This document shows, in pieces, positions 55,647 to 64,000 of a DNA stretch of 64,000 nucleotides. Location: assembly GCA_000146045.2 (NCBI GenBank), contig BK006944.2, positions 480,001 through 544,000 on the forward strand, written 5' to 3'. Every line of letters begins with the position of its first letter. Positions within the stretch are counted from its first letter, which is position 1. The notes under the pieces are model-generated. The model did no database searches. It was not told the origin of the DNA and saw nothing but the letters and a program-made list of their open reading frames with translations. The position numbers were made by a program, and so were the translations under genes. Source of the DNA: TPA_inf: Saccharomyces (lineage: Eukaryota).

Positions 55647-58600
55647 CTACATTTCTTGAAGAAGTTGTTCAGTTGAGCTAGCCACCTCTTTAGCCTGAAG
55701 ACGTTCGTAATTCAAAATAGATTCCCTTGGCAATTGAAGCCATGAACTGAGTGAATCTGCAGGCTCAATCGTATTAGACAGTATGGCAGTAAGCCTTGCC
55801 CGTTCCTCTTCTTCACTTTGTTGAAGAAGAGGCTGTGGGATTCGTACCCCAGGAACGATCTGCAAATTGTCCGAGCCGCAGAATACGTGCGCACAAAGTT
55901 TAGCGACCACTTCAAGGTCTTTCTCTTCATCGATCTTTCCTCCGTATACGATCGTAGCTATGTGATCTCGCACTTGTGCCCAAGGAATGTTGTTGGTAGA
56001 ATTGGTGGCTAATACATTCTCTAAATACACTGAGGCAAATTGAAAGTCGCAATCATTAAAGTAATACTTCTTGGAAAACCCATGAGGAACCAATCGGGTC
56101 CTGGCAGTGATCAAGGCATGAAACCATGACAATAGGAAGGTACAATACACGCTCCATACTCCTGAAATTTTACCAGTGAAAAATTGAGAACCCCATAGAT
56201 CTTTGACGGTATCTAGTATACCTGGGATATCCTCATACACAAATCTATCAGTTCTTTGTAGCAATGGGGCAGGTAGTTTATCACCAGTCAAATGGCATGT
56301 CATGAACATTTTGAATTTCTCATGTTCTTCTGCCGCCTTTGTCTCCTCAACATGCTTGTGCAGATACGTTTTCACCCATGATAGCGACATTTGTATGTTT
56401 TGTAATAATATCCAACCACCTTCTATCTTAGATTTTGATATTTCCTCTTGAGCATAGTTTAGATTTTCTATAGACCCTAGCGGGATGATTTTTAACGATT
56501 CCTTCGAGGCTTTCGCCAATTCGATTAATTTGAATGTGCCATCAACATCTCGCTCGCTTGCCATTGTAAAATAGTTGTTCTCGGAATTGGCTACCACATC
56601 CGCGATATTCCACTCATCAACAAAAAACTCATTTTTGAACCAGTTCAACGCAGATATATACGATTTGGTTGTAACATAGTCCCATAAGTACCGCAAATCA
56701 TTATTTGTATCTACGGTTAGTTTTGGTACGCCATCGCTACTTTCAGAGAGAACTCCAATCATAGTTAGAACTGCCTCTTTATATTGTTCACTTTCAATGT
56801 CGAATTTATACAAACAAAACATCGTCATAGCCATAATCATTTTAAATTTTTTGTCAAGAGCGGTGGAGAATTGACAATATACTTCTTGATATAATAGCCA
56901 AAGAATTTCATCTACCCGTGTCCTAGCTGCTCTTGTTTCCCTAGATTTCTTAATGAAGACACGTTTGAAACATGATAGAAATTGTCCTATAGAAATGCCG
57001 TAAAACCAATGAAACTGACCAAACTTCTCCAACATAGAGAATATTTTGACACTATGCTTACCGATAATAGAATACTCTTCTACCAGATTATCAAACTGTG
57101 GGAAAAACTCTTCAGATTCACTTAGCTTTTTTTCAATGTTCATGGCCTCTTTCTTCAGGTTGTTCAAAGTCACCATCAGTTCATCATTTTCCAACATATT
57201 CCCCTGTGAGTTATTTAGTTCCTCCAAAAGTCGCTTTTCTAGATTCTTCAGTTTCAACTTGTATTCGGTATTCAATTTTATCAAATCTTCCCTTTTCCTT
57301 TGCATTTCTGCATTCTCTTCTGTCAAAGTGATGTCAAAAATTCGTGTCTCAATACTTTCCTTATTCGTGACAAAATGAACTAACCTTACCCTAGATCTGA
57401 GGAATATTGGAATATCTCCACTGGGATCGCAAGAGTGAATGAATAATTTAAAATCGCCTGAAACATCTACTTCATGATCACCAATCTCCACCGTGACTCT
57501 GTTTCCGGCATGATTGAACTCTCTGGAGATTAGTCTTGATATAATTGGATCAAAGAATTCTCCATCCTGAATTATAACTACACTTCCGAATCTAATTGCA
57601 TTTTCTAATCTTTTAACAAAACCTTCTTCAAGAAAACTGAGAAGTACAGTTTTATTACCATAATAATTCGAGATAACTGTTATCATGTGGGAGCTTGGAT
57701 CCAAAAGAAAAGGAACAGCGTCTTGTGAATTCATGACTATGCTCATATTTTCCAAAAAGTAATCGTTCTTATCCAAGCCACATTCAAGCCACTTCATTTT
57801 TTCATCTAGTGTTACCAAATAATCGATGAAACGATAATTTACATCATATTTAACAGCAAATTTGCCTAGTAGGCGCTTTAAAATGACTAACATGTCAGCT
57901 CTTTCCCTTTCATTCAAATGACCAAAGTATGTTTCATATATGGATGAAATTATGCAATTTCCAATCAGCTCTTGGCTCGTCTTACTAAATTGCTTTGTAG
58001 TGTTCAGCCACCTTTCTTTTTCGAAGGTTAAACTCTTAACTAAAGATATAGACCTATCAAGATTAGCCTGCACGTTACTCATTTCTGTCTTGATGGCCTC
58101 AACATCCCTAATCAACAAACTATATTTTCGCTTTGAAACTTCAATACTTGCTTCTAAATCCTGTGTCATTTCTTCAGCGGCAAGTAAATTGGCCTTCGTC
58201 TTCAATGATTCGAACTCTATTCTTTTCATTTCTTGTCTCAGCGGATCTACGTTTTCTAAAACTTTACTGAAGTTTATTTGGGCATTGACCCACTGATATA
58301 GCGGCCCACACGCTTTGCTGGCCCTGTTAATTGTCTCATAAGTAAAATTAGGATCTGACAAAAATTCTTCCTCCATATATTTTCGAATTTGGGGCTTCAT
58401 ATGTAAGGTGGTATCATAATGTACTATATTATGAATAAAGTCATCTTTTCTAATAAATTGTTGGATATCTCTCCAGTTGGAAAATTGGTAGCCCAAGATG
58501 GCGCAAACAGCCTCCATAACAATTTTCACACCAGAGGGGGGGTTGACCATTGATCTGATTTCTGTCAACTGTTGCTTTTTTATGTTCTTTACACCCCGTT

Positions 58601-61600
58601 GTGCCTCTAAAATGGTAGGTTCGATATCTTGAATACTTTTCATGACGACCTCCTTTCTTTTTCTTATATCTTCTTCTTGTACTTTCAATATCTTTTTGAT
58701 TTCCTCTGTAGCCTCCTGCTTTCTTTCCGACTCGTTTTGCTCCATAAGCATTTTATCCAATGTACTCCGGGCTTCCTTTTCTTTCTCAGTAAGTTCCGTA
58801 CTCTTCTTTGACAAAGTTTTGTTTAGTTCGTTAACCTTCAAGACAGACTCGTTTAGTTTTTCGAGACCTACATTAACAAATCTTTGATTTTCCTGTAAAT
58901 CTTGATATTTCGCCGTAACAAGCTTCACTAAGGCACGTAAACCATCAATAAAATACCCAGGTGACCTTGGATTTACCCCAACCTTCATTTTTTGGTAAAA
59001 ATTTCTATCAAAATGTATCAGAATATTAACCACAGCATCTCTTATAGTTTGGATTGGCTCCGTAAATACCAACTCTTTATTGACCTCTGGAACTATAAAA
59101 TCGGTAAATTCCATAGGGATCACGTCCACCATATTGTTGGCCACTTGGGACATTGTTTTCGTATCCCAATCACCCATCCAATTAATTATGCAACGATTGA
59201 AAAGGGCTGGAGAACTTATCATTGCTGAGGACTTATTGTTTGTAGGATCGCAGATCGTGAAGACAACATGAAGGTTTTTGGCAATTTCTCCAACAAACCA
59301 GTCATACAGTTCTTGTTCTGTATCCAATAAAAGACCTAAAGACCTGGTTTTATTTCGCAAGTTATTCAAGAGCTTATCATACTCCTCTCCTTGAAACAAA
59401 TCTGGTATATCAGCGTTGGCAAGTAATGTATTCATTCTCTCCAAAAAAGCCGTCTCTAAAATGTTGGATTCATCAATGATTAAACAAGTACGAGATTCTT
59501 TAAGTGAACAGTCTGAAATAGCTTTTTTCAAAATCATATCAAAGTCGCTAAGATTGGAATGACGGTGGATCTTGGGTTGAACAATCTTCAAACCGTTCAA
59601 CCACGCGACAAACCTAGTTAAAATAGTTTTACCTGTTCTGCTTGCACCAATTAGCATCATGTGACCTTGAACTTGTTTTAACGCACGATCAATACGCAAA
59701 ATATGGTCAACCATAGACTCGTGTATAACCATTGGCACTTCCAGCTCCTCATCACAGAATGTTTTAAATCTTTCCTCTATAAAGTTTACAAGATCTGTTT
59801 TGTTGACCTCTTTGAAATCAAGGCTCAACAAGCCCGAAAAGAGAAGTGAAGTTGAGCTTATATTACCCAAATCCTGATTAGGTAAATATTTATCGACTGT
59901 CTCATAAAGAAGTTGTTCAAAACTGTTTTTTTCTTTTACACCAACCAGCCTATCTGCAAATATTCTCCAAGCTTCGTAAGCCCATAACCGTATTAGTGAT
60001 CTTAGTGTTTGCCTTGGACCAGTGTTAATTGCAGTGTAGACACCCCTAACCAAACGTGTTAATTCTCTTGGTGAAAAAAGATAGTGTGATTGAAGCCCAG
60101 TACTGTATCTTGCTTTACATTCGTTATATAAATGAACGGAAGCGCGGGCGAAGGGCTCTGTGTATGATCTGAACTCAGGGACTAGCTTGAAAATGGCTTT
60201 GTAATAAATTTCATAAATTTGAGAAAGAGATTTTCCGCTGGGATAACCTAGGTAAAGAATAGCAGCATGTCGTGTAAATCTTTCTGACATAGGAATTCTA
60301 CCTGGGTCGGTTGGAGGATTGCAGGCACCAACAATATGTATCCTCTCTATTGTCACCCACTTATTTTCTGGCGTTTTCCAAAATCCTTGCTTTTCCATCA
60401 ACTGCCTTAAGAATAAGACGACATTTTGAGAACCATACTTGTCGAGTTTTGGTAAATTAATCTCGTCACAAAATAATACCAAATTTTTTATATCCGATTT
60501 TGGTAACAAAGTAAGGCCTTTTGATGTAGTTACGTAGTTTGTATGCCTATGCAAGGCTGACAAAATATGTTCTGTGGTCGTGTCTTTCGAAAAATTTATT
60601 CCAACAACATCATAGAGCGAAGAGTTCCGGAGTGCATTATTCATAATCATTGTTTTACCAGATCCAGGTGGCCCACAAAGGATAATACCCCTTTTTGAAT
60701 TGAGCAAGTCATAAAAAATTTTCTCATGCTTAATCGTATCAATTGTAGGAATAACAATGTCAGGCCTCATGACCTCATGTGCTTCTAAAGAAACAGAGGG
60801 AATTTCGGAACAAAAGGAACTAAAACTCAACTTATCGTTCGCAATAACTATGGTAGAATAATCTGATAGTTCTTGGCTGTCATGTCCAAAATAAGTGTTT
60901 ATAGTTTGTATAAAAGCTCTTTGTGATTCACCAGTTGAATCACCAGCTAGTGCATATAGTAGGGATCTCTTAATCAATAAAGTAATCACATCTTTCAAAC
61001 TTTTATCGTCCAAGTTTTGAAACCACTGCCTATAACTCGATATTAAATGAACAGCCAACTGCACCGCGGTTTCTAACTTATTAAAGGTTCGAACCCCGAG
61101 AATGTGAACTAAATCATTTGAACACGTAAAAATATTGGTTAAAGAGGCCATATCAAAAGAATCAGATATAAGGTCCTTCAACTTATCTAATTCAAACATG
61201 GATAGTTTATTATCAAGCGCTTCATAACTTTTATTCAGTAGGTGGTCAATCTTGGAGGATATTGAACACACATCCGTAGAAAACCACAGCAAACCACATC
61301 TTGTTATAGTAGCAGGTGTAGTATGGTCAAGGTTATCCGTTTCAAATAAAATGCGAAAGTTCGGCGGAATAGGAAGTCTTTCACCGTTTGGAAGCGTTAA
61401 AATTTTATTATCATCAAGAACAGAATTCATGGCTTCCACATATTCTGGGTCTAAATCACTATCAAATACTACCCAAATTCTCGAATTCTTAAAAGTTCCT
61501 GTGATATCATCGTTAACCCTTCTTAGAATCGAAGTAAAAAGCCCATCTCTCCACTCTAGCGTTGCTTTAAGCATACTTCCATACAAGGATTCTTTTGTAA

Positions 61601-64000
61601 GAACTTTTGTATCAATAACATAGACGACGTTAGCGTGACCATCAAAAATGGCCATGGCATCAATAACAGTTTTCCACGTTGCCGTTTTACCACAGCCTGC
61701 CTTACCTACCAGTATCAAAGCCTGTTGTGTTTTTTGCATGTAATAAAACTGCATACATTTCTTGAGAAATTCCTCAGACATTGAAAAGCCACTCCTTTGA
61801 CCAGCGTCCTTTAAACATTGAACAATAGCCTTCGAATTTAGCGGCGTTCCAGCAGAATCAAATATTTTCGATAATTCGTCTTTGAATACCAATTCATCGG
61901 TGTCACCGAGCGATGGTAAAATCACTCTTTTCAAACTTTCGACTACCGTTTTTTCCCCTTCACCAAATTCACTAATCAAAGGGCTGCAATTTCTTAATAC
62001 ACCTTTTAGCGTTCTCAAACCAAAATGATAATGGTTCATTGAACTGCATTTTGAAGACAACAGTTCTAAAAAATGAACAATTTTCGAAGCTAAAGACTTA
62101 GAATCTTCGAACCCCATAATTTGTAATATCATCTCTGCAATAGTACCACTTTGCGGAGATTTCATAGAGAATTCTCGAAAACTCTTCTTCAAATTTTCCG
62201 GTAACTCTGACCTTCCATTATACCCAGGATTCAAAGTAATAAACACTGCAGTGTGAGGGCTCAATGGAGTTTCTTCTTCTAAAAGTGTAATATGGGACTT
62301 ACCAACCTGGAGGCCATTTTGTATTTGTTGGATATTGGCAGACACCGCACTCAAAACTTTCTCATCGAGCCTATTGAATTCATCGAAGCATCCCCATGCG
62401 CCAATCTGTGTGATACCTACTAGAAGCCTGGAAAGAACCTGATAATCGAAGGAATCATCACAATTAAAAACTACAACCACGCGACCGAGATTTTGACCAA
62501 ATGCTTTCACAGTTTCTGTTTTACCTGTGCCCGCAGGACCGAAGAAGCACCCACCATATTTTTGATGCAGAGAATCTGTGAGTGTCGCAAACCCAATAAG
62601 AAGCAACGGTGTATATATTAATCTTTCTGGGATGCCAATATACTCAAATTTATATTGCAAGAGGTAGCCACTCTGAGAAATAAAAACGGAGTTGAGATCA
62701 TCTAAAGTGTCATTCTTTTGATAAAACTTTTGAACTTTCGCCCATAGTAGTCGAGCTTCTTCCTTAGTGGAACAATTTTTAAGCTGTCCAATAACGTTAT
62801 TAAAATGCAAATACTCAACCAGTAGGGCCTCTATTTTTTTCTTCACGTTATCGGAAGATTTATTCAACTTATCCAGCAGTCCCTTAATCTTCATATCAAC
62901 TTCTTTCCAGTACTTTGAAAATTGATTAGTTTGAAGGCATTTTTCAACGAGCTCCGTCCACATAACTTGAGCTGAGAGAAGAATGGCTTGAAAGATATAT
63001 TTAGATACAACTACTTCAATGTCCGTTCCATCTTTCAGTTGGCCCAAACAGTCTCTAAATTGAGTGAAGACGCTTAGCTTAATTTCTGTGTCTAAAATGT
63101 TTAACCACTCTTGAGCTTGAATCGAGTCCTTCAGCTCGATTTTTTCATTCAAATTTAGGACTTCACCTTCCACTGACCGCACACCGGTTATGAAATCTTC
63201 GAGGAATATTATAGACTCAATGCTTCCGAACATTTTCTTCATAAACTTTGAAACTTGGTCGTGGTGTTTTCCAGATCCTATGATTTTTAAAAGATCATCG
63301 TTGCCTAAAAAGTAAAACCTTGGGAATTGTCTTCTTTGTCTCTCTAAAAATGTCGATAGTGACGATTTTATCATCTTTAAAGAATCTATCGTTAACTTCA
63401 GAGTTGTGTCGAAATTTGGAATATGTATTACTTCGATTGTTGTGTCGAGTTGAAACGCTCTTGTGGTTATCATTTTATACTCACTGGTTAAGCTTTTAAA
63501 TTTCGAAGTTTCGAGCGGTAAGAAGTTTTGAATGTCCAAGTTTTCACCAAGGATTCCATACAAGTCCAACCAGTAAAACTGTACTTCAACCCAATTTACC
63601 TGAATTTCAGATAATTTTGTCAGTTTAGATTCCAAATCCAAACAGTCTTGTTCAAAAATCTTGTAATAATTCGAAGCTTTCATAGAAACTAGCTCCTCTA
63701 GATCCTCTTTACAGGCTTGCTCCAGTACATCCCATTCCCTCACAAGCTTGAGTCCACTGGAGTGCTCTATGACTTCATATTGAGCTTCCTTCCAAAATTT
63801 TTTGATTCTGTTCAGAGACTTTTCTATAACAAATTCCTTTTGGGCTCTTTCTATAATCTTTGTAAGTAGTATTTCATTTAAAGTTAAATTGAGGACCATG
63901 ACATCTTTAAGAGAAAACTCCAATTTATCCAGTAGATTTTTTTGTATCTGTCTTTTACCAATATCGCGGAATATCATGTTCCAATGTCGTGGCTTTAAAG
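55647..64000 (-). CDS. DYN1: Cytoplasmic dynein heavy chain, C-terminal ~2780 aa (motor domain). 5' partial: the frame is open to the window end
   Basis: AAA+ Walker A motifs GPAGTGKT (AAA1), GKAGCGKT (AAA2), GPPGSGKT (AAA3) and GASRTGKT (AAA4). Long coiled-coil stalk. No stop between 63977 and 64000. Confidence 0.95.
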   Translation of the reverse strand, partial: LKPRHWNMIFRDIGKRQIQKNLLDKLEFSLKDVMVLNLTLNEILLTKIIERAQKEFVIEKSLNRIKKFWKEAQYEVIEHSSGLKLVREWDVLEQACKEDLEELVSMKASNYYKIFEQDCLDLESKLTKLSEIQVNWVEVQFYWLDLYGILGENLDIQNFLPLETSKFKSLTSEYKMITTRAFQLDTTIEVIHIPNFDTTLKLTIDSLKMIKSSLSTFLERQRRQFPRFYFLGNDDLLKIIGSGKHHDQVSKFMKKMFGSIESIIFLEDFITGVRSVEGEVLNLNEKIELKDSIQAQEWLNILDTEIKLSVFTQFRDCLGQLKDGTDIEVVVSKYIFQAILLSAQVMWTELVEKCLQTNQFSKYWKEVDMKIKGLLDKLNKSSDNVKKKIEALLVEYLHFNNVIGQLKNCSTKEEARLLWAKVQKFYQKNDTLDDLNSVFISQSGYLLQYKFEYIGIPERLIYTPLLLIGFATLTDSLHQKYGGCFFGPAGTGKTETVKAFGQNLGRVVVVFNCDDSFDYQVLSRLLVGITQIGAWGCFDEFNRLDEKVLSAVSANIQQIQNGLQVGKSHITLLEEETPLSPHTAVFITLNPGYNGRSELPENLKKSFREFSMKSPQSGTIAEMILQIMGFEDSKSLASKIVHFLELLSSKCSSMNHYHFGLRTLKGVLRNCSPLISEFGEGEKTVVESLKRVILPSLGDTDELVFKDELSKIFDSAGTPLNSKAIVQCLKDAGQRSGFSMSEEFLKKCMQFYYMQKTQQALILVGKAGCGKTATWKTVIDAMAIFDGHANVVYVIDTKVLTKESLYGSMLKATLEWRDGLFTSILRRVNDDITGTFKNSRIWVVFDSDLDPEYVEAMNSVLDDNKILTLPNGERLPIPPNFRILFETDNLDHTTPATITRCGLLWFSTDVCSISSKIDHLLNKSYEALDNKLSMFELDKLKDLISDSFDMASLTNIFTCSNDLVHILGVRTFNKLETAVQLAVHLISSYRQWFQNLDDKSLKDVITLLIKRSLLYALAGDSTGESQRAFIQTINTYFGHDSQELSDYSTIVIANDKLSFSSFCSEIPSVSLEAHEVMRPDIVIPTIDTIKHEKIFYDLLNSKRGIILCGPPGSGKTMIMNNALRNSSLYDVVGINFSKDTTTEHILSALHRHTNYVTTSKGLTLLPKSDIKNLVLFCDEINLPKLDKYGSQNVVLFLRQLMEKQGFWKTPENKWVTIERIHIVGACNPPTDPGRIPMSERFTRHAAILYLGYPSGKSLSQIYEIYYKAIFKLVPEFRSYTEPFARASVHLYNECKARYSTGLQSHYLFSPRELTRLVRGVYTAINTGPRQTLRSLIRLWAYEAWRIFADRLVGVKEKNSFEQLLYETVDKYLPNQDLGNISSTSLLFSGLLSLDFKEVNKTDLVNFIEERFKTFCDEELEVPMVIHESMVDHILRIDRALKQVQGHMMLIGASRTGKTILTRFVAWLNGLKIVQPKIHRHSNLSDFDMILKKAISDCSLKESRTCLIIDESNILETAFLERMNTLLANADIPDLFQGEEYDKLLNNLRNKTRSLGLLLDTEQELYDWFVGEIAKNLHVVFTICDPTNNKSSAMISSPALFNRCIINWMGDWDTKTMSQVANNMVDVIPMEFTDFIVPEVNKELVFTEPIQTIRDAVVNILIHFDRNFYQKMKVGVNPRSPGYFIDGLRALVKLVTAKYQDLQENQRFVNVGLEKLNESVLKVNELNKTLSKKSTELTEKEKEARSTLDKMLMEQNESERKQEATEEIKKILKVQEEDIRKRKEVVMKSIQDIEPTILEAQRGVKNIKKQQLTEIRSMVNPPSGVKIVMEAVCAILGYQFSNWRDIQQFIRKDDFIHNIVHYDTTLHMKPQIRKYMEEEFLSDPNFTYETINRASKACGPLYQWVNAQINFSKVLENVDPLRQEMKRIEFESLKTKANLLAAEEMTQDLEASIEVSKRKYSLLIRDVEAIKTEMSNVQANLDRSISLVKSLTFEKERWLNTTKQFSKTSQELIGNCIISSIYETYFGHLNERERADMLVILKRLLGKFAVKYDVNYRFIDYLVTLDEKMKWLECGLDKNDYFLENMSIVMNSQDAVPFLLDPSSHMITVISNYYGNKTVLLSFLEEGFVKRLENAIRFGSVVIIQDGEFFDPIISRLISREFNHAGNRVTVEIGDHEVDVSGDFKLFIHSCDPSGDIPIFLRSRVRLVHFVTNKESIETRIFDITLTEENAEMQRKREDLIKLNTEYKLKLKNLEKRLLEELNNSQGNMLENDELMVTLNNLKKEAMNIEKKLSESEEFFPQFDNLVEEYSIIGKHSVKIFSMLEKFGQFHWFYGISIGQFLSCFKRVFIKKSRETRAARTRVDEILWLLYQEVYCQFSTALDKKFKMIMAMTMFCLYKFDIESEQYKEAVLTMIGVLSESSDGVPKLTVDTNNDLRYLWDYVTTKSYISALNWFKNEFFVDEWNIADVVANSENNYFTMASERDVDGTFKLIELAKASKESLKIIPLGSIENLNYAQEEISKSKIEGGWILLQNIQMSLSWVKTYLHKHVEETKAAEEHEKFKMFMTCHLTGDKLPAPLLQRTDRFVYEDIPGILDTVKDLWGSQFFTGKISGVWSVYCTFLLSWFHALITARTRLVPHGFSKKYYFNDCDFQFASVYLENVLATNSTNNIPWAQVRDHIATIVYGGKIDEEKDLEVVAKLCAHVFCGSDNLQIVPGVRIPQPLLQQSEEEERARLTAILSNTIEPADSLSSWLQLPRESILNYERLQAKEVASSTEQLLQEM

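Noticed and set aside
1-64000. CRISPR arrays, prokaryotic defence or toxin-antitoxin operons, integrons
   Set aside because: The sequence is eukaryotic: isolated Pol II genes with AT-rich intergenic regions, Pol III tRNA genes with internal promoters, and Ty LTRs. No short direct repeats with unique spacers occur anywhere in the window.

Overview
The window reads as a contiguous stretch of the Saccharomyces cerevisiae nuclear genome, chromosome XI right arm, YKR021W to YKR054C. I identified it from memory of diagnostic protein sequences and the gene order and strand pattern; I did no database search. It is gene-dense eukaryotic DNA. Both ends are cut inside genes: the 3' part of ALY1 at the left and the 3' two-thirds of the dynein heavy chain DYN1 at the right. 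In between are 28 complete protein-coding genes without introns, including GAP1, DAL80, SPO14, SET3, SAP190, TRK2, NAP1, UTH1, GCN3 and DBP7. There are three RNA polymerase III tRNA genes, tR(ACG), tD(GUC) and tA(AGC), each with a Ty1-type delta LTR or LTR remnant within about 130-200 bp upstream. The most notable structure is GAP1 flanked by two same-orientation solo delta LTRs with a perfect ARS consensus match between them. This is the architecture known to produce GAP1 circles and deletions. Other signals are GATA/NCR motif clusters upstream of GAP1 and DAL80, a PAC+RRPE pair upstream of DBP7, in-frame trinucleotide tracts (poly-Ser in UTH1, poly-Gln in YKR045C, acidic runs in NAP1 and SAP190), long poly(dT) homopolymers and several microsatellites. 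I found no CRISPR array, no operon-like prokaryotic organisation and no convincing undescribed system. Every large ORF is explained by a known yeast gene, and the remaining track ORFs are antisense or low-complexity artefacts.
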